A stretch of 55,119 nucleotides of DNA, counting the filler, from Diploschistes diacapsis (lineage: Eukaryota), in assembly GCA_023645945.1 (NCBI GenBank). It is 5 parts of 5 records of this genome, joined end to end, with 100 filler letters (N's around TTAATTAATTAA, not from the genome) between each part and the next. Parts side by side here need not be neighbours in the genome. Positions count along the whole stretch, not along the records: positions 22,113 to 33,063 come from JALAIB010000872.1; 4 more parts are not named here. One strand, 5' to 3'. Shown here one piece after another: positions 22,113 through 33,163 of this stretch; within the stretch, counting starts at the first letter, position 1, and every line of letters starts with the position of its first letter. The position numbers were made by a program, and so were the translations under genes. Under the pieces are notes generated by a model, which had not been told where the DNA came from, made no database searches, and saw only the letters and a list, made by a program, of their open reading frames with translations.

Positions 22113-24760
22113 GGTGGGAATGGGGGTGGAGGTGGGTTGAGGTTTGGGCGTTGGTTTTGGGGTGGACGCCCCTTTCTCTGTTGGGACGACGGTGGTAGTA
22201 AGAAGTTCTTGCTGTTCCTCTTCGTCGTCGTCCTTAGCTTTGCGCTTGCGCCGGGAGTGCGACTCCTTTTCGGCTTTGTCGACAACTACTTTGGCGATGC
22301 GCTCAAACTCGACACACACCTCTAGCATGCGTTTGACGGCGCCGGTTTCCTCCTCGATGGCGATGGAGGAGAGAAAGCTCACGACTTGGTGCATCAGGCG
22401 GATATCGGACCGGGTGCGTGCATCTTGGGGGTTTTGGAGGACGTTAGTGAAGAGAGTCATCAGGGCGGAAACAGGGTAGTAGATGATCATCCTAGTGAGA
22501 AGTAAGCATCTGTGCGAATTTGGCACGCATGAGAACTTTACCAGACGCAGGGGAAGTCTCCCTGAGGTATGTACTTTAGTAATTGGATAGTCGCCCTTGC
22601 GGCTTGGACGCAGATAGTAGCGGATGAAAAGACACGGGGATTTAATGGACGGGCATTAAGTCCCTGGATGGCGTAATTCGATAGCCGATTCGACCAGTAA
22701 CCATGGTGTACGGACATTCGGTGTATGGTGGTTAGACAATTATAGTAGGCGAAGTGAAGGACAACGACGTGAAGGATAAGTGGTGTATGGGATGCCTTGA
22801 TCTCATGTTCTGGTCGAAAGTCGACAGGGATGGCATCTTTCCATTCCTCAAGTTCCTTGTCGAGCTCTCCGATAGCATTAAGAAGTTCACCATCCGATGA
22901 TTTGGTTGCTTTAGTAGAGTACAGTTGTTTATAGACTTTACCTGCTATAATCGAGAAAACGCACATAAGCCGAAATAGATTCAGCTTACCCTTACCGTCA
23001 GCTAGCGGAATATTGCCGATGTTGTCACCAGGATCTTCGATTGGGAGTTCCACGTTCATGTCATCGTCATCCTGGGCAGGTGGTCTTCCGGAGCGTAACG
23101 ACATGCTGAAGGCACTTAGCCAAAGGGCATACAGGTGACTTCAAGCACTTACTCCTTGTCCAGTAGAAAGGCGATCCAAAACACTCGTTTCCGCTGCTCA
23201 ATCTCGACGGGGTTCAGGTTGAAGGTCGAGCCTTTCTTGTGAAGACCAATAGCATGCGCCAAGCGAGTCGCGGCAGCGACCAAGTGAAACGATGGCTGTG
23301 GGTTTGGCGTTCCAAGCAAGAACAAAGCCTATACATTTGGTGAGTGATGGCGAATGTGCGGTTAAGAAGCCATAACTTACCATGCCGAGAAGAGCTTGCA
23401 CACTAAGCAGATCAGTGTTCCGCATGGTCAGTTCGGCAAGAACACCCAGAGCATTCTTCATGAAACCCCAAGCCTTCTGATCTTCTTCTTGCGGAACAAG
23501 ATTGCTCATAACGCGAAGGCGGTGCGCAATCGCAAGTACACAATTCAAGCTTGCCCACCAACTGGAGCCTTCATACGGATTTTGCGAGAATTTCAAGTGA
23601 ACAAGATGCATAAACGTTGGCTCGTGGAATAAGGGAAACATGCAGTTGAAATTCTCAAAATAGTCTTTCAATAACGACAAAGCTTCACTAAGTGGCGGTA
23701 ACCGTCGAAAGAGTTTTCGAGTAAATATGTCGCCAAATATTTCTGGCTTCCATGGCGAGAACTGGGTACTGCCTTCGTCAAGGTTGCTTTCCGTCATCAT
23801 CCTCTGGAAGGAGTCGTCGCCGGTCTTGTCGTTTACCCACCGGATACCTTTTGGCGAAAAAATAGAAAAGCCTGATGATGAACCTTTGCCGCCGTCAGAC
23901 GACGCTGCATGATAGCAAGTACGCAAACTCACCAATGAATCTTGTCTCTCCGTAGTTGTTTGTGACCAGCGAACACATCAGCTCCGCTACGGCCTCGACC
24001 TCCTCGTCTTGCTTCCGCAGCTTCGGCGACGATGCGGAGTTCCTCTTACTCGGCTCTGGATCTTTGGACGTCTCCGTATGGCTTTGACTCTGAGCCTCGG
24101 TCAATATGCCATTTTGGCTCCCACCGTCGGATAAAGTAGGGGATTTCGAGGCGGCGTTGTCGCTGGTGCTTGGTCGTCTCTGCTGCTCTGTCTGATTACT
24201 CAAAGCTTTGTCGGCAAGTCTTTTCTCCAGTGTACCAAGGTCGGTATGGCCGTCTTCCGCGTTGAGAAGTCCCGATAGCTTGAGCAGTGATTCCATGCGA
24301 CCCAGGCGATTCTCCAGGCCTTCTATGTACTTTGCGCTGAGCGCAGCGTCAGCACTTATTAGAAGCATATTGGCAGGGCTCAGCCGTACCCTTTTGGTGG
24401 ATTACGTTTCTTCTCCTGGTGGGTGAAGATGCAGTCCGTCTTGTAATTGATACAGTGCGAGCACTTTGGCATTTTGCCGTCACACTTGATCTTCTTCTTC
24501 CGGCACATATCGCAGGCCTGCACATTCCGTCATTCCTTATTGCCAACGCATCGCAGGGTGTGAGGGGTTACCCTTGCAATCCGCCTTCTCTTAGGATCGC
24601 CGTTGTCCTCCATACTGCCCTGCCCATCGTTCTCGGCAAAGTAGCTTCCGGAGAACTGGAAAGGGGATTCCGAGCCATAGTCACCGAACATCTGTTGTGG
24701 TGGTGGATTCATTATGGGAGGTGCAATGAAAGCTGTACCATCTTGCGTATATGATTCCAT
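22113..24760 (-). CDS. atrR: Zn(II)2Cys6 transcription factor with fungal-specific TF domain, AtrR-like; multi-exon, 3' end lost at gap
   Basis: Spliced [38 protein letters not shown]...[47 protein letters not shown]. Confidence 0.85.
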
Positions 24761-25731
24761 ATGGAATCTCCCGCCAAACAGTGGAGGACCTTCGGGTTAT
24801 TTTTGGGGTTGTAGACGTTCTAGCGTAAGAATGGGTTCACGCCCGGTAGCATAGAACTCAGAATAGGAGCATTCAGCGGTCCTCAGTCAATGCTGAAGGG
24901 AGTAGAGTCGCTAGGTTTCGGCCGGAAAGGTGCTGCATCCGAGCCCGAGGGAGATGATGCTGCGGATGCAAGAGCGATTCGAAGGATGAGCGGTGATCTA
25001 CTTCAGGCATCCACATGCGATAGCTCGGGAGTGAAGGATTCGCAGTAGTGAGCCTGAGGAACTAAAACCGCAATGAGCTCAGTTGAGCATCTATGCCGTT
25101 CGAATTGCGAAGAAGCCAAAGAGAAGAAAAAAGCAGAACGGTTATTGTTGAGTAGTTACACCTAGTAAGGTGTGATTGGTAATGACTAGTAGAGATTATT
25201 GTGCCGTCCTTAGCTTCACCATCCACCATCAATGCTCTATGCCAACGTTACAGCATTTAAACCCTGTAGAAGACAGCAGGTTGGTCGAGATACTCCAACG
25301 CTGCTGCATAGCAAATACTTTGTGGAACCTTTCATGCATCAGGGTACGCACCGCATGTCCCATTTCTTTATACCTTCTGTGGTAGCCGAGGCAGACTGGA
25401 TCGCACAAGCTCTGAGAGAGTTGTACACAGCACGAGATATCGCGGACATCCGACTCTGTTTCGGCAACTGCATACTACGAGATCTATCGTCTATCAATCA
25501 ATTCTGGACACGTCTTCAAACTCCAACCCAGGTACCGTGACACGCGAATCTTAGGGAGGTTTGAATCTCTGTACCGCTCCCCGTGACGTCTGCCTCTTCT
25601 ATCCGGATCAAAATCAGATCAGTTCAGGGTCACATTTTAGCTAGTAGAGTTTCAAGATTCTTCTGACCCGATTGCGCCTGCTTTCCACCATTGTGATACT
25701 CGTCAGAGGTGGTGCTACGATTGCTGGGCTC

Positions 25732-26932
25732 ATGTATGTGGTTCGAATCACAGGTCTAGCTACTGTGAGACTAAATGATCGCCTTGCAGGGCGCCTCTCA
25801 AGGCCGCTGAACTCCTCCAGCACCCCCAGTTCAACAACGTGATATGGCCGTTGAAACCGACGTTAGAAGGTAAGTTGCCGGTGGCGGTGGCCCGAGGCGG
25901 GCCAGTCAAGATTCATTATGAGATCCATGGTCATGGTCCACGCCATCTTGTAGTATGGTCCGCGCGAGGCGCCTGTTTTGAGTCTTATCCTGATTTATCG
26001 GCAGTTGATCATGGGATTGGGCGGCTTCATCTATACTTGGCAACGACAGACCAAAGACTTTGGTCATGACCAGGCCGACAGATATTCATGCTTGGTCTTC
26101 GACAACCGGGGAATTGGCAAGTCAGACAAACCATTGATGAGGTATTCCACATCCGAAATGGCCAAGGACACCCTCGAGGTCCTTGATCAGGTCGGATGGA
26201 CAGCCAAACGGGAGCTCCACGTGGTTGGCGTTTCAATGGGGGGGATGATTGCTCAGGAGCTGGTATGTTTCTTGAATCTCCGTTCCAAATCATGGATATG
26301 CTGACAATTTTGGAGGCTTATATGATTCCCGAGCGTATTGGATCCCTTACGCTGCTGTCCACGGCCGCTCGTCTGGTCAATACCGTTGGATATTTCGAAA
26401 ATCTGAGGAATCGCATCAACATGTTGTAAGCTCTGATGGCTTCGTACCCGTATTTTTGGACACTGATCTTGGCAGCCTCCCGAGGGACATTGATACCCAG
26501 ATAGCTGAAGTCAAGTCTCGGCTGTTCAGCCAAGAGTGGCTGGACAAGCCCGACGCGGATGGGATGTTCCCCACCAACGGAGATAGGTTCGCTGCCCAAG
26601 AGCTCACGAAGAGAATGGATACCGAAGGATACACACGCAAAGGCTTCACGTTGCAGGCTATTGCGGCTGGATGGCATAACAAGAGCGCGGAACAACTCGA
26701 CGAAATTGCGAATAAAGTAGGAAGAGACAGGATTCAAGTCATTCATGGGACAGCAGACCCACTTATCACAGTTCCTCATGGTGAAGTTTTGGTAGCGGAG
26801 CTTGGTGGCGAAGATGAAGGCATCACGAGGATCATGATGGAGAAACGAAGCCACGGGCTCACTTGGGAATGCAAAGCGGAGGTTGACGCTGCAATATCCA
26901 GGCTAGTTGAGAAGACCGAGTCCATTGTGTAA
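25732..26932 (+). CDS. Alpha/beta-hydrolase fold protein, multi-exon
   Basis: IHYEIHGHGP, FDNRGIGKSDKP, nucleophile GVSMGG, IHGTADPLI, His in RSHG; start codon inferred as AT|G split by intron 25734-25789. Confidence 0.88.
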
Positions 26933-28586
26933 GAAAATGTGACAATGGGTCTTTCGAAAGAGTCTCCCATATCATTAAAGCATTGTCGGGCTGTAACATT
27001 TTCTGTAAACAACAATAATGTTCCAGTACACACGCAGCTCACAAAAAGTGGAACGTCGCACAATAACCACTTGATTTCTTTTACACCCAGTCAATGCGCT
27101 CCGGAACTTATCAAAACAGTGCGCAAAATAGATGTTTCTAATCTTCATCCAAAGACAATCCGAATCCGAATTTGAGATATTTAAGTACGACTTTCGCTAG
27201 TTTATACTCGTACAAAAGTGAAATAGCCCAAAAAAATTGGCTATCGGTTATTGTTTTTCCGATCCGCCAAAGCTTTTCCCCCGTAGGTTATTGCCCGAAA
27301 CTTTAATGAAGAGAGAGTCAGGTCCAGATACTCGGGAATTTTAGTTGAACCTGTGCCTCCAGAATTGGAACCGCAAGTTTCCTGAAATATAGCAGGTTTG
27401 CGAAAGGAATGAAAAGTGTCCACCGATCGCTACGACACTGATGGTGAGGATTTAAGCATAGCTATGGCCGAGTGCCTGTGACGAATGACCATGGAGCCTC
27501 TGAACCGATTCTGGGCTTCATACGCGAAGTACATCGCTCGATAACTAGCGTTAACCATGGGCAGTAAGGTTGGGTCAAGCTTCACCAAACGAAGTCCTAG
27601 GCTCATGAACCTACAAATCGGCCATGAAACGTATCGTAGCTATTCTGAATTACTTGCAGCTGCTTCAGATGTCAAAGACATAGGACTCCAGTCACGACCT
27701 TTTGATTCGAGACTAGGTGCGGTAGCCGCATCCGAATCACCCACTCATGCTATGCGGAAAGTTCAAGAACGAGCTATGGGCTGAAAAAATGAATTGAGAT
27801 TCTGTGGGGTATTTGTAGACATTCCCTATTCCAGGCTGTGACCTCCAACGCCGTCGCTATAGAAGTGAAAAGGATCGGGGTATTAATGGTTTTTCTCTAG
27901 AAACTCTTTCGCTTCGTTTACTTTCGTCGCAAGATAGGGGCTGCACGTTGAAGTTAGAATTCAATAGGCAATTAACGTTCAACATTTGGGGAATATTCTC
28001 ACCTTCCACCTCTGTCTGGGTGGTTGAGTAGCATTAATTTGCGGTGATTTGCCCGTATCTTGTCCTTGTTCATGGCTCGTTCGCTGATAGACGTGAGATG
28101 CGCCTTTTGTGAATTTCTCACGGACTCTTACTTGAGTTGTAAAATAAGCGCAGCCTCCCTGCGGTTCATCTTAGGTTCAAAACCTCCCTTATAAAATTTG
28201 CCAGCAGCGCCAGCGACCCCTCTCGACCTCCGTAGAGCGACAAGCCCGGCGCGACCCTGTTGCCCATCAGTCCAGTAGGTTAGATGTCATCCACTGACTC
28301 TTACAAGAAAGGCGGCAACGGCGACGCCTGTCCCTATGAGGATAGCACCGACCATTGTGTTAAGCACTAACGCTGGAATGGTGAGGGCGTGAGACGACAA
28401 CCGCGAAGAACCTTCAAGATGGAAAGGATGAGCCTTACAGCGCTAGCTTACTTGGCACGGAGATAAAGTTTGGCCGAAGATAACCGCTCCACGGAACCAA
28501 TTTTGATATCGAATATCGATATCGATAACACTGCGATTAATGGGCAGCTGCTTTTTAGTCCTCATCTTTCGCATCCAATCCTCAAT

Positions 28587-29331
28587 ATGAAGATCGAAGT
28601 CTGCTTTTTGTGTTCCAAACCAGTTTATCCATCGAAGGGTCTGATGTTTGTGCGCAATGATGCCAAAGCGTTTCGGTTTTGCGGTTCAAAATGCCACAAA
28701 AATGTGAGCTTCGGGAATTGCTGGTTTTACTGGCTTGCTTGCTTCTCAATGTTGACGGTATTGCAGTTCAAGATGAAACGAAATCCGCGAAAGGTCTGTC
28801 CTTGCCGCTTCGGCCGACTGCATATTCTAATTTCATGTAGCTCAAATGGACGAAAGCTTTTCGCAAGGCGCATGGCAAGGAAATGGTACTTTTTGCGCCT
28901 GATCACAACAATAATTCATGTTTGTTAAACTGGCCTAGATTGTGGATTCTACTTTGCAATTCGCAGCTAGGCGGAATGTGCCTGTACGGTACAACCGCGA
29001 GCACATCGCTACGACCATCGAGGCCATGAAGCGGATCACAGAGATCAGAGCGCGGAGAGAAAGGCAATTCTACAAGAGGCGGATGGCTGGCAACAAGGTG
29101 AGACAACGGGAACTTGACAGAAAGTTGGTGGAAGAAAATCAACACTTGCTCCCGAGAGAGAGGGCGAGCGAGAGGCTGGCGCGCGAGGCAGAAGAGGAGA
29201 TAAAGGAAGCAGAAGAACTGGGTGTGGAAGCCATGGACACTACTATCACGGCACCAATCACAAAAAGGCAAAGGACCAGACAAAAGCTCCTTGTTGGCGG
29301 AGGAGTTGAAGAAAGTATGGATGTGGACTAA
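28587..29331 (+). CDS. RLP24: Ribosome biogenesis protein Rlp24 (3 introns)
   Basis: [83 protein letters not shown]. Confidence 0.96.
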
Positions 29332-29389
29332 GGTTGATATCTCCCAAAACCACCAGTCACTGCATGGCGTTGGCGCAAGAAATATACTT

Positions 29390-29915
29390 TCAGAGCTCCC
29401 CGTGCTCTACTTGCCTTCCTTCTCCGAGGTATGCCTTTTCGGGTGACTTAATCTGCTTATCAATATCTTCAACAGAAGTTTCCTGCTCCGCCGCCCTTCC
29501 GGGTTGTGGGACTTCTTGGGTGGCTCGAGGTTTTGGCTGGGCGGCCTTGAAATTGCCAACTCCACCTCTGCCATGTACGGACACTCTTCTATTGCATGTG
29601 TTTACCACATCTGCAGGTTCGGGTTCATCAGGCTGGGGTGCATCAGCGGGACAGCAAAGGTTGCCTGCGCCACCCCTACCACTATGGGCATGGCCTGCGG
29701 GCGCTCGATTTTGGAGAATAGCATCAACGGTTGGTCGGCGATCTTGCGCTTCAATATCCTAGATAACAGCGTTAGTAATGACCAGGACCCAGTTTGCAGG
29801 GATTATGCATTGCACGATATAGTTTACACACTTTGGAGACTTGATGAATGTCTTTAAAACTCTGAATGTTACCAGCTCCCCCGCGTCCAACCTTGAGAAC
29901 CTTATCTGAAGCCAT
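29390..29915 (-). CDS. Small GRGG[AV]GN-repeat protein (DUF3602/Par32-type motifs), about 150 aa; intron 29759-29831
   Basis: Spliced MASDKVLKVGRGGAGNIQ...HSGRGGAGNL...HGRGGVGNF...IKSPEKAYL; GTGTGT donor, TACTAAC branch, TAG acceptor, phase 0. Confidence 0.82.
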
Positions 29916-30308
29916 GACACTCGTTACGCCAAATCATCCTCCACTAAACTTTGAATGCCAGACTATAGACCCTTGAAGATCAAGAATAGAGTACTGCGAT
30001 GACGCGAGCCTGCCAAGCTGTGTTTTGTTGCCAGGCGTGACGCTCCCTTTTTTACTTAATTCTGTGGCTATTCTAGGGTACATATGTACTCTAGTAATGT
30101 ATCACCTGGAATGAAGAGAGTACATGGATCTTCGTTACAAGTATTATTCAAGCCCCTGACTAGCTGCCACGCGTGAGAAACGAACCCCACTAGAACAGAT
30201 ATCAATGACAAGGATTCAGTCTTTCCCAAGACTCCTCTCAATAACCACTGTGCCTTTTCGTGATAGTTCCGTACTCACCTTTGCATATTCACCAGATGAC
30301 CAGCAAAG

Positions 30309-32591
30309 ATGGGGTATAGGGAGGACCAGGACTTACCGAGTAAACGGACTGCTACTTCCGACGACGATCCTCCGCCGCCAGCGTACGCACCTCCGCTTCC
30401 ACCGCGAGAACCAGAAGTCTCGGAAGTGGGAGCACGAAATCCTCATCCTTCTGATAACGACGCGAAGCGAAACTCTTCCCTCTGGACCTCTCAAGATCCT
30501 CGCGCTGCGTCTACGGATTCGCTGGTTCCTCAGCAATCCATAGGCTCAAGGAGGACATTATTGTTGATATACATCCATGGCTTCCTCGGCGATGAGACTA
30601 CTTTTCGCTCCTTTCCTGCGCATGTTCATAATTTCGCGACCCACTTGCTTTCCAAGTCTCATGTTGTGCATACGAAAATCTACCCCAAGTATAAATCGCG
30701 GCGGGCGATTGAATTCGCGCGTGATGCTTTCACCGAATGGTAAGATTTTTTGCATTGGGATCCACACTCTATCATAGAGATATAACTCTGCCTTAGGCTT
30801 AAGCCACACGAATCGTCTAATACAGATGTAATCTTGCTTGGCCACAGCATGGGCGGTCTCCTGAGCGCTGAGGTGTGCTTGAAGAAAGCGAACCCAGCAA
30901 GTGGGTCTGTCGTCCTACAGCATAGAATTCTAGGAGCCATCAACTTTGATGTGCCATTCTTGGGAATGCATCCGGGCGTGGTGGTCAGTGGAATTGGTAG
31001 CCTGTTCCGACCCACTCAGCTATCTCCTTCTTTGGAACAACATAATGCGCTACTTCCCATGCTCGAGAGCGAGCATGAGCTGGGCGTTTCTCCTAGTAAC
31101 GCGCCACTGCTTCAGCAACGGGAACGGTCTACCGAAGCTGATCAGGACTGCCCTAGCTATTTCCCGCCGAATGCATCCAGCAGCTTCTCGAATAACTACC
31201 ATAGAGTAGCAACAGGTGACAGCTCAAGCCATGCTACGCCCTTGTCAATTCCTGTCGGTGACCCAAATTACAACCCTAGGTTCGACAATGATGTTATCAT
31301 ACCAATGAGGAAGGGCTGGGAAAGTGCTCTTCATTTTGTAACGAAACACGCAGGTGGACTGACTCAAGCTACGAAGACGTATGTGACATCCCATCTTGAA
31401 TTTGGTGGTGCTATGGCGGATTTTAAGTCCCTGCATGAGCGGTACATAAAGATCAGGTCTCTGGAAGACATCGACGACTTAGGACCATCTGGCGCGGCTC
31501 AAGGTAGACCTACTAAAAGGGTACGCTTTATAAACTATTACACCGCAAGCACTGGCAGATTGCATCCACCTAAGCCACTTCCACCGGAAGTAGACGCACA
31601 AAGTAATCTGAGAGGAAGGGAAGCGTCTGGAGAACGAGGATCACAAGAGCTTGGAGTCGAGCAAGACATGAGATTTACAAGATCACGACCCGAAAGCCCT
31701 AAGGTATCAGTGGAAGACCCAGAGGGTAATGTTATGCTTGAGTCATTCGGCGTGGAAAACCCATCCCTCGATGAGGATAACTTAGAGGACACGATTGACG
31801 CCGTTGATGATCTAGACCAAGTGGAGCCGAAAGCTATGAGCGAGGACGAGAGGGATGCATCTAGGGAGGATGAAGAAGCAACGAATATGAAGCCTTTAGA
31901 AGCTAGCACTACTGATCTCCATACTGTTTCAACTGATACTCAAAGCAAAGATGACCAACTGCCACCTATTCCACCGGAGCCCACGGCTCCAGGTAAGATT
32001 GACCTCTTAACTTTCTCTAACAAAGAAGTTCAGAAGCTTCATGAAAAGGATTACGAGCGAAAGATGAAGGCTCATAAACAAGCCGTAAAGGATAGGGAGA
32101 GGGCAATAGCCGAGCGACAGAAGATACTAGACAGGAGGGAGAAAAAAGTGAAGAAGGAGCAAGAGAAAGCGCTCAAGGCAGACAAAAAGGCTGCAGAGAA
32201 AGCAGAGAAGCAGAAGGCCAAGCAGGAGGCTGCAGCAGCGAAGGCTGCTAAGTCTTCCACCGAGCAGGGCAAGAAAGTCAAGAGCGAAGAGAACGGCACA
32301 GACGAGTCAAACGCCCACCGTGAGAAGAAAGACAAAGACAAGCCAAAGAAAGACCGCAAATTCTGCATCACGCCTTCCAAAGGGCCCAACGGCGAGAGAG
32401 ATCCTACCTGGATCCGAGTGTACATGGAAGGCGTTGACGAAGTAGGTGCGCACTGTGGGATCTTCTTCGACGACAAGCCGCATTACGAGAAGTTCGTCAA
32501 CGATGTAGGAGCGAAGATCGAGGAGTGGATTGATCGAGACTTGTTTGTGCGCGAGAGAGTGCACGAGATTGCTTTGCGGGATATCGCGTAA
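30309..32591 (+). CDS. DUF676-like putative serine hydrolase with Lys/Glu-rich coiled-coil insertion (intron 30740-30796)
   Basis: LLLIYIHGFLGDETTF, LLGHSMGGLL, FDVPFLGMHP, C-terminal VDEVGAHCGIF. Confidence 0.85.
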
Positions 32592-33063
32592 TTTACCTAT
32601 CGAGACACCCTTATACAGGTTTAACATTCATGTTCTTCTCGGAGCTTCACATCAAAGGTGCTATGTATCATCTCTACTGCATTTTCCAGTACAACCAATA
32701 CTTGCAAGAACAGTGTAGTGCTGATAGTGCTCACAATCCCATTATTAATCATGCCGTTTCTGGTAAGCCAGGCGTCGCCGCCACAGTAAGCTCTGCGTTG
32801 TATAGATAAGATTGGGCGCCAGCTGTCTTCTTCTCTTCTGTTCGCTACCAAGGGGTATCCGTGGAGCCCGACAGACTGTTCGGCTTTCTAATTTACTCTT
32901 CACAGAACATCCTCACTAAAGCAGATTCCCCCCTTGTTTCAGCATCCTCCACCGAGCCCACCATACACGACACCACCTCGACCACACCCAATCTACCTAG
33001 AACCCCTCCCAAAACAAAAATAGTCTAAAACTCCCCCATGTCCTCCCTCCCCTACTCTCTCTC

Positions 33064-33163
33064 NNNNNNNNNNNNNNNNNNNNNNNNNNNNNNNNNNNNN
33101 NNNNNNNTTAATTAATTAANNNNNNNNNNNNNNNNNNNNNNNNNNNNNNNNNNNNNNNNNNNN
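33064..33163. other. Artificial contig linker
   Basis: N44-TTAATTAATTAA-N44. Confidence 0.99.

Noticed and set aside
21499..24760. GAL7 next to a Zn2Cys6 factor as a GAL cluster with a Gal4-like regulator
   Set aside because: A linker separates them, and the factor resembles AtrR rather than Gal4
24923..24941. CGG...CCG upstream of atrR as an autoregulatory site
   Set aside because: Spacer is 13 nt rather than the recalled 12; likely chance
25735..25760. GGTTCGAATC resembling a tRNA T-loop/B-box
   Set aside because: No proper 5-bp T stem, D arm or acceptor stem; lies inside a predicted intron
26933..28450. 1.5-kb gene-free interval as telomerase RNA or another ncRNA
   Set aside because: No TAACCCTAA template seen on either strand; only a weak hairpin near 27947-27983; an Infernal/Rfam scan would be needed
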